64,000 nucleotides of DNA, taken from Amoebophrya sp. A120. Lineage: Eukaryota > Protista > Dinoflagellata. Each line of letters begins with the position of its first letter. The stretch's first letter is position 1. The notes below the pieces were generated by a model. It did no database searches. It saw nothing but the letters and a program-made list of their open reading frames with translations, and was not told where the DNA came from. A program made the position numbers and the translations under genes. Of this stretch, positions 13,901-26,618 are shown in pieces. The DNA lies in contig CAJINV010000010.1 of the NCBI GenBank assembly GCA_905178155.1, positions 2,810,587 to 2,874,586 of the forward strand. Reading direction: 5' to 3'.

Positions 13901-16900
13901 ACTCGATGGGCCGCTCGAGAAAAACGTCATTAAACCGGCCGACGAGCTTCAGGACGGAGAGTTTGCTGGAACCTGGTGATGGTGTGGAATTTTTGAACTC
14001 TTGCATGACAAACAATTTTTTTTCATCCGGCAAATAAGTACACGTCAGAACTTGTGCTGCTAAAAGCTGGCGCAGTAGAAATTAATAGTAAGTACATTCC
14101 ACGTTGTTCCATCCCGCCTCATCCTCCAACCGGTTCTGCCGTAGTCTGCCCAATCTGGAATCCAGAATACTTCTCAGCCTCGCTTTCCCCGCGTTCAACC
14201 ACGATTCTGCCTCTTCCCCGGGGCCACTGACCTGCGCTGCTGAGCTTGGTTTTGCGGGGGACGCGGATCTTGATCTGGTCGTTGCGGAAGCAATTGTTCC
14301 AGTTGGCGTAGCAGGTTTACTTGCCGGGTCGGCAGCTGCTGCTGCTGTAGCAGTGGCGGCCAAAATGGTGCCAGCTGTTGCGGTTGTCTTGGCTGCGTCT
14401 GTGAAAATGTAGTAGAAATTTGTGATGCTGAAGCTATTAACTAAAACTATGCATGCTGAGTAATTGCAGAGAAATGTGATTATGCATAACAAACTACATC
14501 AAAGATAATATCAAAAATTTCTTACGTGCGCTCAGCCACCGCTCTTCCGCGACCACCGTTTCGAGAAAGCTTTTCGTCGTGAAAACTCGTCTCGTTCGAC
14601 CTGTCTCGACAGTCTGGTCGGACATTTGTGATGCACCAGACGGCTTGAGCATTCCGGATCTCGCAATGTACGGTTCTTCCTTCGGCCCTCTTGCGGACCG
14701 TCTGGCGGAGTAAAGCTCGTCGGATGCGGCTGTATAGTGAGCGATTTATTTTTTGCACGAAATCTGGCACTGGTTGTGGTTCCCATTCGATTCCAGTTGT
14801 GCTAAACATGCTGCATGAAGACAATTTACAATGGACATGCAAGACCATGCACGGTAGGCAGCGGGCAAAAATTAAAACTCCAAATACCGACAAAACTATC
14901 CTTCTGCGGCCTTTCGTGCAGTCTCAATTTCGGAAACCCCGACAAAACCCGTGGCGTTGACCCCGTTTCGTTTGACCGCGGGGTTGGATTGAAGTCCTGG
15001 ATATGAAAAGCAAAAATGTCTGGGTCTGCAAGAGTGCAGACTTGTCATGCATATTTTCCATGCCCCATGAGGTCTGGAATGCAGGACCTAGCATGACAGA
15101 TTCTGCGATGTCTCTATCATGCCTATGTATCCTGCATGAGAAACTCCCGCTCATGTTGGTCAAAAAAGGACAACTTTGGGTGATCACGCAATACAGATTT
15201 TTATTTGTGTGACCCAAAAGACGCATCACAAATTCCATCCTCCCAGACCCAGACATTTTTGCATTTGATACTGGAATTGATGCCCTCCCCCGCGTTGCTG
15301 CGCGTTTCGGGTGCTCATCTGATTTCTCGGCGCCCAAGTGGGTGCAACTCTGTTCGCCGTGCCAGATTGCAGCTGCTGTTGCGACATCGAGGTTCCACCA
15401 CCACCTAGTACTCTCGGCGAGCTCGCGCGACTGCTGCCAATTGAAGCCGCTCCACCTCTGGTTGCCAAATTCCTCGGACTGCTGTGACGCGAAGAAGCCG
15501 GCTCCACTTTGCTCGTGCTGTTCCGCCCGACTTTCATCCCGGGTTTTAAGACCACCGCTCTCTTGTTCGTCTGCTTCAATTGATTGATTTTCTCGTTGAT
15601 GCCCAACCTCTGCTCCCGCGTTGCCCCGATCTGGTCGAGAGAGAATTCCGGTAAAATTTTCACCACAAACTCATCTTCTTCTACCGTTTCCCCCCGAGTA
15701 ACGAGCTTCACACTCCGGAAGCAGTGATCCAGGTAACAGCAGTCCTTCTCCAGCCCTATGTAGCTGTACAGCGCTTTTCGGTCTTCCGGACTCCGCGGGT
15801 AGTTCACAGAGTTGCACCATTTCAAAAAATGGTCGAACTCCGCGGTTTGGAACGTGTTGTGATTCGTCGTCCCGAGGAAAGACAAAGTGTCTCGGTAACA
15901 CTTGTCTAACGTCCCGTACCGCTTCTGCAGTTTGCTCGCGAATTCCTTGTGCATGGAATGCAGTTTCGGTGCGATGTCTTGGATCAGCAGGAACTTCTCC
16001 TCGTCAGGCGGATATTGCTGGGCAGACGAGTAGTTTTTGCTAGTCGACATGGAGACCAGTGCCAAAAACGTTTTCCGGATAATTGACGTCGGGTACTGGA
16101 GTCTTTTACAGCCGGAGACAAAGCTCTCGTAATCAATCCGGTCAAAAGACTGCTTCCTAGGGAAAACTTGGGACCAATTCGCGATGAACTCTTGTCTCAC
16201 CCGTTTGGAGAAGTGGTTGCGGAAATATCCACAGAAAAAGACCCATTCTTGCCATCCGTTTTTTGCATGAGAAACACAGATTCTCATGCAGGTTTTGCAT
16301 GACAAACTGATACTGGACGATGTGGGGATGGGTGTTTTTCTGCGCATATGAAGAGAACGGCCAGACCGGCGTTAGACTGACTGTTCTGTGCCGATGTCGT
16401 GTTGGATTGGAGCAGTTGCTGCTGTGATCCGGGATTTATTGGATTGCCAGATTGCGGTCCTGACATCGCGGAACTACTGGTGGTCCTCGCATTGTTCCCG
16501 CCGGAAACTGAAATTGTGCTCCTCGCATTCGGAATTTGGTTCACATTCATGTACTCTTCAATGTCCGGTGGGGCGGAAGAAGCCGTGACCACGCTCCTCT
16601 TGCTCCCGGAAACAGCGCTGAGCTTGCTCGGCTGGGGCAGAGAGGCTAAGTTGTCGTCGTTTGCAGAGGAAGGAGGGGGTGGAACACCAGCGGATGAAGC
16701 GGCGGCGTCTCGAGTCGCAACCTGGGGGGTAGTTTCCATTTGTGATGCTCGGACAGAAGCGGATGCCGAGGTTCCCACGACTGTAGTCGCTCCTCCTGGA
16801 TTGTAAATCGTCTCGGTGTCTGCGAGTTTGGAGTTTCTGGTCGTAGTAGTTGCAGGTGCTCCCGCGCCACCAGTCGTTGTATTAGTAGCAGCACCCGCCC

Positions 16901-17414
16901 CTGAAGATCCCCGCACAGAATCGACCGCACTGTCAATCTCCAGCTGTCCGATTTCCTCTGTCAGTGAAGCTTCCTTCGCCGCAATGTCCTCTTCCAATTT
17001 CCGCAAAGATGCAGCAGGTGCGGCCTGTGCTGCAGTTTCACCTTTTCGTTCCCCGGTGGCACCATCTTCTCCCCCGTTGTTGTTTGCTGTTGCGTTCTCG
17101 TCCTTTTCCGGGAAGTAGAAGAAATTTTGCGTTGGTTCGGTCGACATCATCTTGCCGCTTATTGCTTGTGCACGGATGAAATCCGTTGGTGCGTGACGCA
17201 TGTTGTAGAGGGGAGTGCTGGTGGTCGTCTTGCGAGGTTTTGAAGACGTTGAAGACCCTGCACCTGGTTCTTTTGCGGGCCCACCAGTCGTATACGACGA
17301 GGCAGCTGAAAACGGCCCATTCGCGCCATATTTCCGCTTCACCACGAGACGGGGTGGAGGAGCCCTGTCTCGGGGGCTGGAGGAGGAGCTGCTGCCGCCC
17401 AGCTGGTAGCTCAT
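10972..17414 (-). CDS. Large multi-exon protein of unknown function with an EF-hand-like segment
   Basis: Start MSYQLGG at 17414. Frame continues through introners at 16226, 15002, 13504, 12733, 12416 and 11018. EF-like FDRIDYESFVSGC. Ends EEIL|AHWYKEMTEVGE-TAG. Confidence 0.65.
11018..11126. mobile_element. Introner family D
   Basis: TIR tatccacagaaa..ccatcc; TSD ggatt. Confidence 0.9.
12416..12586. mobile_element. Introner family A
   Basis: TSD gagtc; SSRRL|TEVNF restored. Confidence 0.9.
12733..12881. mobile_element. Introner family A
   Basis: TSD tccgc/gccgc. Confidence 0.85.
13059..13087. repeat. Perfect 14-bp inverted repeat with 1-nt centre (intronic)
   Basis: tggcctctcgataa-t-ttatcgagaggcca; part of the left arm recurs near 13100. 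Confidence 0.93.
13504..13784. mobile_element. Introner family F
   Basis: TIR tatc..Rtgtaaa.acgt.cccac; TSD ctctt. Confidence 0.9.
15002..15270. mobile_element. Introner family E
   Basis: Family E TIR; TSD ctgga. Confidence 0.9.
16226..16348. mobile_element. Introner family D
   Basis: TIR tatScRcagaaaaa.acccat; diverged TSD ggaaa/tgaag. Confidence 0.8.
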
Positions 17415-17929
17415 TTTTTTGCGGACATCTGTTTGTCGTTGCGTGAGTGGTATTGGTAGCACGCAAAAATAAACCAAGGAAGTTGGAAGCTATATAACTC
17501 ACAACTCTGGAAACCTAAATGCAACGAACGGTCGCGCATGTGAGAATGGATCTAACGGCCATGCATAGAAACGAATACCCTCGGTTTATGCTTGCCGATG
17601 TGCTTAGTGAATTAAGATCTTCCTCTTAACATTCCTCCCAGATATCGATCAGGATGAATACATATTTTGATTCATGATATATACGCATTTACATTTTGTC
17701 TTGGTAGTGATCTCTCGCAAAGTGGCAACTCGTCAAACATGTGCACACATCCATTATCGCTTTGCCCACTCGACACACGCAACACACTCTCGTCAACACC
17801 AAATTACTCAACTTCTCTCGTGCGAAACACAGAAACAGACAATCTCAAACAGGCACCTCTACACCGAGACACGTCCTGCAAAAATCAACTATTTTCTTTT
17901 TCTGTAGGGCTTGACACTGCAATAAAAAA

Positions 17930-20090
17930 TGCCCCAAGGGCGCGCACAACCTGCCGGTGCGTAAGTTTCTTTGGACCCATACGCGACGCGCCTAGGTAGG
18001 GCCCCAGCCACCAGCCAGCGCGCGGCCACTCACACTTCACTGCGCGGCGCCCACATTCACAACACACGACACAAGCTGCCATAATTATGCGCGCGACCGG
18101 CGGATCCGCTGGCGGGCGGGCCCGAGCCGGCAATTTGGGGGCGGGAAATCTATCAAAGAGATGAGACCCGGCTGGCACGGGGGAAGCCGCTATTGCCTGC
18201 AGGCAACTTCTTCCAAGGTAGGGCCAGCGCGCACATAAAAACAAGGACGACACAGGGCGGGCCCGAGGCCGGGCTGCCTGCCATCCAAGCAAGCGGGCCC
18301 CAGGCAGCCGCGGGCAGCGGGCCCGGGTATTGTGGGGGCGTGGCCCCCCAATCTACCACCCCGGCAGCCAAACGGGGGCGAACTAACAAGACAAACGCAG
18401 GCAAGCGAGGCGACGCGGGGCAGCATCCATCCGCGTGCGCTTTTGGGCCGGCGGGTTTTCATTCGCGGTCGCATGGCTGGCGCGCTGCTTCCTTGCGCCG
18501 CCCCGCTCCGTGCCACAACATGCGAGCCAATTCGCTCTGCATCTCAATGCGTGCCTGCGCGCGGCAACGGCGACCCCACGAGGGCCCGCCATGCATCCTT
18601 CCAAAATTGGGCCGCTGGCCCAGACCCTCACCGACACCACAAACCGGATCGCGCCAGGACTTCCTTTCTGCGCCCCTCTCTCCTTGCGAAAGCAGCCAGT
18701 CCACACTTGGGGCGGCGCCTTCGCAAAGCTAACTTCGCTGCGGGCCTCCACGTTCGCGCCATTTACTCGGGACTGCTGCAGCCCGAAAACTATCGCCAAA
18801 GAAAAGCAAGCCCAATATGAGAGAGCAGTAGGCTTGCTAAACAGAGCTTGTGTTGAAGATCTCTCACTCCCTCAAAACAAAATATGTCTCTTCGCCCATT
18901 CAGATCGGAAATCGTGTCAATCAACTTCGTGCTGCAGATTCACGGAGACATGGAACACAATCAACAAGGAAAAACGTTACTCCCACGAACATAAACGCGA
19001 TAAGAGCTATAACACAGAAGTAGAGAGGATGCAGATACTTCTTCCATTGCGACAACCACAGGCGCGCGCGCCCTCCTTCGGGGAATGATGAATCGGTCGG
19101 GCGGCCGGACCGCGGCATCATTCGCAAGCGCGAAAAAGCGTTCCCCCTAGGCTGCCCCCCTGAAGACGGCACAAGCGTGGTCGCTGCGACCATAGACAAC
19201 GAGGCGCAAATCTATGCACACCTGCCGCCATGCCGGATGATGCGCAGACGATCGAATTGGCCGGAGCGGCCGCTTCTATGCGCGTGTCACCACCCGGCGG
19301 GGAAAACAACAAAGCCAGGGGGGCGTCGGAGCTCCAAATCAATGACAAACCCACTAGGCCCCCGGGGTGCAGACCGGGCCAACGACGGGCGGGCGGGGGC
19401 CACCCAAACGGCTCGGACGGGGTGCCCATGCGACCCACCCAAGCGACTCGGGCGGAGGGCTGGCAAGAAAGCCACAAGCGGGGCAGCCTACGTACGAGCG
19501 GGCTCCCCCGGCCCGCCAAGCACCACGCAATGGCAGGCCACCGGGCTACGGCGCCGGGCCCTAAAAGAGACAGACGGGGCCGCGCCCCGGCCCCCCGACG
19601 GCGCCCGGGCCCTTGCGCTTTTCTCGGGCGCTGGCGCCTTCCTTTGCCCCGCTTGTCGTTTGTCATCGCTTTTTGGGGGGGCTGACCACCCTCGAGCGGG
19701 CGCTACCTGCGCCAAGTCGCACTCGAAGCCCCACTAGCGCCACGGGCCGCGCCGTCGATACAGAGAAACCCAGGCGCGGGCGGATTGAACAGAAAGCGCC
19801 CGGAAAGGAAGACCCGAGGCCCCTGCGGGTTGGTGCAGGGCTTGCGCGGCAAAATCCGCAACACAAACACCACCGGCGCCGCCCGCACCGCACCAAGTTC
19901 CGACGCGCACCACTACGGGGCCGAGCTGGCTGGTGTTTGCCATGCTCCTGATCAATTCAACAAGCTAACAAGCAGCGGCGCCTTTACCATCTATCGTGAT
20001 TGACTCATCGCTCTCAAATTCAATTTTCTCTTGTTCACTCTACTTAATCCCTCCGACACAGGCGCGCGGCAAGGCAAACGCAACTTGGCT
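17930..20090. other. GC-rich intergenic block
   Basis: Visibly higher GC/CpG than the genes; overlapping stop-poor ORFs in all frames; limits approximate. Confidence 0.75.
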
Positions 20091-20344
20091 CCTGCCCATC
20101 TAGAAGACGGGCGACTGATGTGCACTCAGGGTTTCAATGCGGCCGAACTAGGAACACGATGAGGAACGAGAAAAGGAAGAATCAATTCCCCAACTCCAAC
20201 ACTTTGTAGCGAGTACCAGGTCGGCTCAAACGCAGCCAACGGCTGCTTTTTCTGAAGCGTTATCAAGTACGCGGAAAAGAAAAGAAATTTTCACAATGCA
20301 CCGAGTCACATTGTTGCGTCTGCCGTGTCAAATCCTCAGCACTT

Positions 20345-23300
20345 CTACGTCTCCACCTTGCTAATCCCCAGCAAGCTCGTCGCTAGATCCTCCATCGGAT
20401 TGTGTTTTCCGATAATCGGATTACTCTGCAACGTCAAGCACTGCCCCTTGCAGAATTCACACTTACTCCCCGCTCCGCTCGCGCAGCTGTTGTAGCACGC
20501 GCCGTAGCAGATCTTCGGAATCGAGCAGTCCGGACCGGCGAAATCTTTGTTGCAGCTGCACTTCCCCTCAAAGCACAACCCCTTTCCGGAGCAGTCGTTG
20601 GCACACTGGTCTAAATTGCAGTTTGGCCCCAATTTTCCCAACCCGCAATTCCGTTTCCCGCAATCCTCGCCGTAGAAACCAGTCTTGCAAACACACCTCC
20701 CGTCGAAGCACATCCCCCTGCCGTTGCAATCCGCCGGGCACTATCAAATGTAAAAATGTCTGGGTCTGGAAACTTGTGATGCTGGGTGGCGTCTCATGAT
20801 GAGGCCAGAAATGCTGTTTCAGCATCACAAGTTTCTGAGCTTCTAGGTGTTGCCTATTCTGCATCACAAACTGCGTTTCTGCATCACAGAAAAGTGGAGC
20901 TCTTGGGTAACTTGCATGACAGATTTAAGAGTCATGCAAGACAAGCATGACAAACATGCATTCTTCCAGACCCAGACATTTTTACATTTGATAGGCACTT
21001 CGGCTGCTCAAATTGCGTTTTCTCACACTCCTTCCCCGCAAAGCCCTCGTCGCAGATACAGTCCGGCGCCGTCATCTTCACCCCCGTCGTGGAATACTGT
21101 TCGACGAAAGTGCAAACCCCTCTGCCATTACAGTCGTTGCAGCTCGGCTCCCGACACCCAATGCCGGTCCAACCAGCTTCGCACTCGCAGGCCCCCTCCA
21201 CACACTTCCCGTGCTTCCCGCAGTCCATGGGACACACTTTATCCTTGCAACTGTTCGGCTCGGACCCATCCTTCATCCCGAACCCGGCTAAACATTGGCA
21301 CTTCCCGTTGATGCACATCCCCTGGTCGTGGCAATCGTCAACGCCCTCCTCCTCACTAAATCCCGGGCACCGCTGAATTTCGCACCGATCGCCGTGGAAA
21401 CCCGCCTTGCAGTCGCAGGCATTAATCGCAGAATTGTACTCTCCGTTGTCCCCGCAAGACTTCCCGGGCGGCGCGGGCGCGGCTATGTCGCCACCGTGGG
21501 CCGCGGCTTCTAACTTGTCCTGCGCAGAAGAAGCACCTCCACCGCCGGCCCCACCATTTGGTGCTTCTTTCGGGCACGGTGCACCGTCGCACATGCACTT
21601 CCCGGTCAATCTATCGCACTCCCCGTTCGCTTATCAAATGTAAAAATGTCTGGGTCTGGAAGATTGCCAGGTTTGTCATGCACATTTTGCATGACTCCTG
21701 ATGTCTGTGATGCATGCCCTAGCATCACAGATTTTGTGAGGGCTTCCTGATGCCTCTACCGCATGACAAATGCGCTCTCCGTGTAGCAAAACTTGGACTC
21801 TCTTTGCTGCTCATGCAATACAATTTTTTTTTAGCATCCAAAATCAGCATGACAAGTTGGATTCTTCCAGACCCAGACATTTTTACAGTTGATATCGCTG
21901 GACAGGCCGGGTCGCACTCCTTCGGCGGGGTCTCGCACAAAACGCCGGAGAACCCCGCTTCGCAGTGACATATGGCGTTCTCAAACGTTACATTCTCAAC
22001 TGTTACATGAACTTGTAATGCAAGAACGGCAAAAGTGAAAGGGCGAAGTTTGCGCCTTTTGCATTACAAGTTCCGCACAGATTTAGGGGCTGTTTAGCCC
22101 CCCGCAGAATTGTCATGCGAAGCAGCTGGACCATCTGGCGGCTTAAGGTAGTTCTGCATGGCAAATCCATGTAGCAGTTGAGAGTGTAACGTTTGAGAAT
22201 CCCATATGGCAGGTCCCTTTTCTGCACTCGCCGTGCGTGGAACAAGTTGGATCTTGGCAAACGGCTTCCACACTGCAGTCGGCGCCCCACCAACCCTCGT
22301 CGCACACACATTGCCCGGCGTCGTTCTGTAGTACAGGGCTTTGATTGATGATTATGAAGTCCTCTACTTCCAAAACTGGTGCATGATCGAATACGCCGCA
22401 ATTGAAACCTCTGTCAGGCTCTTGTAGGAACAGTGCGTCACGATTCTCATCTGTTTCTTTTTAAAATGAAAAATTTCAGTTGCACTACAACATACAAAGT
22501 AGAAGAATTCGCACCTCCGCTCCATGATCGCTGCACGCAATTCGGATGCTACAGTCCGCCCCCCGAAACGCGGAAAAGCACAAACACGCCCCGGCAACGC
22601 AGTGCCCCCTCCCCGTGCAATCATTCGGACAGTAAACTCCGCAGCTATCCCCGCTGTAACCCGGGAAGCAGGTACACGAGCCGTTGTCGCAGCTGCCGTT
22701 TGAGTTGCAGTCGTCTTTGCACTTTTTCTGCTCGTTTTTTTTCAATAACTTCTCCAGCAGCTTCTTCTTCTCTTTCTGCTTCTCCCCCGGGGGTTTGGAA
22801 TCTAGTTTCAGATTATCCCCAAACTTCTTCGTGTGGGACGACAAGCCGGAGAGTGGGTTCGGACCAAGTTGGGTTTTGCAGTTGTCTCCACTGTATCCTG
22901 TGCAAAAGTATCGCACTCGTAGTCATTGCAGTCATGCATTACAAATTTTGTTCCTAAGGTAAATCCGCATGACAAATTTTATCTCTCATGCTGAGGAAAT
23001 TTGTAATGCATTTATACGAGTACGATACTTTTGCAATTCATACACTGTACCCCTTGTTGCACGTGCATTTTCCAAGCTTCGGATCACAGACGCCGTTGTT
23101 GTTGCAATCGCTCGGACAACGCTTGGACTCACAGGCTTTGCCGAAATAGCTGCTGTATCAAATGCAAAAGTGTCTGGGTCTGGAAGGATTCGAATTTGTG
23201 ACGCCAAGTCTACATTATGACAAAATCTGTCATGCATGGCTAGCAAAAAGCCCCATTTCTTCGTTTCTTTGCAAGAGAGGGGGTTTGTCATGCGGATTAG

Positions 23301-23672
23301 GCATTGGGATAAGTGCTCAAAGTCTGTGATGCTGAAGCGTGCATGCCAGAGGATCTTGGTCAGGTAAAAACTGCATGACAGATCTCGGATTCTTCCGGAC
23401 CCAGACATTTTTGCAATCCATATGCTGTTGCACACGCAGACGTCGTTGATCAGGGTGCCGTGGTTGGAGCAGGAGGTTGCTGTAGTTGCCCTGCTAGCGA
23501 GATCATTCGCGTTGCTGTTTTTAGCAGTTTGTGTTGCTTGTTTTGCCGTTGTTGTTGTGTGGTACAGGTCGATGGCACGGGGCAGGACGGGAAGCAGGAA
23601 CACGTGAATGAAGAGGAGACGCGTTATCTTAGTCTCCCGCTTCAACTTCAGGCTGCCGTGCAACAGCGGCAT
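20345..23672 (-). CDS. Putatively secreted tenascin/teneurin-type EGF-repeat protein
   Basis: Hydrophobic N-terminal stretch. More than 10 tenascin-type EGF repeats (e.g. CPNDCTGRGHCVAGACLCFSAFRGADCS). Repeats become intact after removing 5 introners. No obvious transmembrane helix. Confidence 0.85.
20742..20993. mobile_element. Introner family E
   Basis: TIR tatcaaatgtaaaaatgtctgggtctggaa; TSD ggcac. Confidence 0.92.
21632..21894. mobile_element. Introner family E
   Basis: Family E TIR; TSD tcgct. Confidence 0.92.
21971..22206. mobile_element. Introner family G
   Basis: About 39-bp TIR tatgg..ttctcaaacgttaca.tctcaactg.tacatg; TSD tgaca/tggca. Confidence 0.9.
22894..23042. mobile_element. 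Introner family A
   Basis: Family A TIR; TSD cactg. Confidence 0.9.
23156..23422. mobile_element. Introner family E
   Basis: Family E TIR; TSD tgctg. Confidence 0.9.
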
Positions 23673-23989
23673 GGTAGACGCTGCGACCTCCACCCAACGC
23701 GGCCGTCGTGGGGACGACCACGTGGGAGACGGTGGGACGGATTTAAGTCATTTCCGGCTGAGTAGTTTGGTTGCAATTCGATTGATGAGAGGTAGCTGCT
23801 CACAGATCTCTCCAATAAACACTCGGACAGCATCAATGTTCACGCTTCAAGCACGACGTATTGGGCGCGAATAGCATCTCAGCAACAACGCTTTGTCTCC
23901 ATAGACACCGCTAACAGAGCCTTTCTCCCTCTAAGAGAGCTGAGAGCGTCGTCATGATGAACATACTGACACGGACGCATTGTCTTTGG

Positions 23990-26200
23990 GTTGCCGGAGG
24001 TGGGGGGTCGCCCGACTCCAACACCTTAACCCTGTCAGAAAGTCACACAGAGTAGGGGACAAACCGAAAGCGGGACCGAATCCCGTCTACACTGTCGAAA
24101 AGGTGCCGCTCGGTCGCCGGCGGGCATATTTTTCGCCCGAGCGCAACTGGCAGCGAGCAGACACGCAGGGACAGAGAGATGGGGAGGCAAAACAGGCCGC
24201 CTCCCCAACCAACACAACCTGCACGGCCACACCTTCAAGGACCCGCCTGCCGGCCCAGTCGCTCGGGCCGTTGCGGAGCGTGGGGCCAGGCCGTGCGTGA
24301 TCAGATACAGAGGCGACCCAAAGTCACCGGGGCCCGCCCTGCGGGCGCGCGCCCACGCTGACAACGAACCGGGCACAGATAGGGGCGACACAACACCAGG
24401 CCACAACCCAAGCGCGGGCCGGGCGGGCCCCTGCTGCTCGCGACGGGGCAGGACAGGGCGCCGGCCGGAAGCAGGGCAGTCGGGGTCTTGCATTTTTCCA
24501 CCGACCGCAAGACCCACACGGCCAGAAAATAAAACCCGAAAGAGCCTCCATTCTCGCGTAGTCCGCCTCGACTAAGAGGACCTCGCCCCGGAACTCTTCG
24601 ACGTGGCCCACTTCCTCAATACGCTCGCGCCCGCTTCACGACCGCCGGCGCTTCCTGCTCGTGCGTCGTCACCCACACGCCTTGGCACAAGGTTTCCATA
24701 AGATTCCCGAAGTAGGGCAGCGCCGCGCGAGAGAATGATCGAAAGCGGCCCGCTTGGCCTGGGCTCGCTACTCTGGCAGACCGAGTGCACGCGCGTCGGC
24801 CTTCCTTGCGCCCGCGCCCCGCAACCGGGTTGGGGGCGAATCGGGCCGGACAACCCGCCCGCCCCGGCCGTGCGTCCCTCCTCCGGCAGGCCCACCGACA
24901 GGATCTTACGGACGAAAGAGGCACGGGCGTCGCAATCTTCCTCTTTGATCAACTCGAGATGGCGCCGCTCCCGGAGCCAGGCGATGGCCGATCTCTCCAC
25001 GTCCTCGCGGGGCTGTGACCCCTTGGAATGGGCGGGAGACACAGCGCCGACCGTAGCAAGCGAGAGCGAGGCTGTGGCCCCTGTGCCTGCACATGACGCG
25101 GGGCGTGCGATCGGAGTCAGATACTTGCCCGCCTCCAGCCCTCTTGGTCCCGGCGCGGTCGGTCGCGCCGCCCGTAAATATGCAGCGGATCAGCTGCGGC
25201 CGGGAGAGCTCACCCGCCCCGAACGCCTCACCGACGGCCTTGGCCTTTCCAGTAGCGCAAAACACGCCGGGCCCCACTCTGCAGCGCCCAAGGCCGGCCG
25301 GGCCTCCTGCACAGTCGCGCAGCTGCTCATGCTTGCGCCCGCCTTGTCCTCGCTCCCTGCTGGATTGCGGCGCAAGGGGCTCCATTGACATCTCCCTGGC
25401 TTGTGCAACCCAAGCGGGCGGGCGAGGGGGCAAAGAAGGCCCCGGGGAACCCCTGCGACACGACCTCGGCCACTCTTGGCGCCCCCCATTATCTTGAAAA
25501 AAACCCGAGGCCCAGCGCGTTGGTCCGCAGCGCGGGCGTCGTGCTGGGGTTGTGGGCGCTTGCGCAAAAGCGCTCGCTGCGGAGTGCGGCTGGTAACATT
25601 CAAGGCCATGCGTCGGGACATTGCCAACAGAATCGCCGCGCGCCCGCCGCCACCAAACAAGGCGAAACAAACCCGAGGGAGCCCCCCCCCCCGGTTGGCC
25701 CCTTTCCTTCTTACTTTCCGAGCGCCATCGGCGCGACCTGCCCCACATTCTTGCCGATCACCGCGCGACCACTCCGCGTTTTGCCGGCGAGGGCTTGGCG
25801 GCCGTTTTTGGTTTTCGGCAAAGCCTCGACCAAAGCGGCCCACCCTGCCCATCGACAAAAAAGACCGCCGCCGGGCGTGCGGGCTGCCACGTGCATTCTT
25901 CTTGAGACACGGCCACGGGGTCCCCAGCCTCAAAAGCATGCAACCAAGCAAGGAGGCCCCCCAAGGCCTGCCCCGAAATTGACGCGCGCCCACGGACATG
26001 CTCTTCATCCGATAATATCGCATCGCCTCTCCGGGTTTACCAGAATCGCTGCCCTATCTCGTCGCGCTCGGGGAATTCAGCGCCCGCGGAGTCATCGCCC
26101 CAACGGCAAAGCGCCCGGCGCCTTGCATAGGGCGGCTCCAGCGCCTGGCGCAGGTAAGACGACGCCAGCGCCTCGGGGAGTTAAATGAATCATCCGCCAC
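23990..26200. other. GC-rich intergenic block
   Basis: Composition; limits approximate. Confidence 0.75.
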
Positions 26201-26618
26201 GCACCGCTCTCGAACGCATTCACCTCTACTTCCAACACAGGTTTATTAGTTTCCGAACTGCAACATCTTGTCGCCCCCTCGTGTTTAGGAGCACTCCTCG
26301 TCATCTTCATCAAATTCAAATCTTACAAAACAAATTTTTTCGTACAAAAATCGCGCGATGAAGTCACTGCTCCAGCAGTGTCTTTGCCATGTGTTTCAGT
26401 CTTTCCTTCCAGCAACAGGTTTTATTAAGAGCGTGGTCTGGGCCTACTTGCTCTTCAAAGACGAATCGGTATCGTCGCGGTCTGGATCTGATCATGCTAG
26501 CTTACGATATCATACATGCGGTGAAGCAACATCAGCAAAAGTTTGTCAATTTCAATCGACTTAATTTAGCACTTCTCGACGTTCACAATCGGAAATATTT
26601 TCTAATTTTTCCTTTCCT

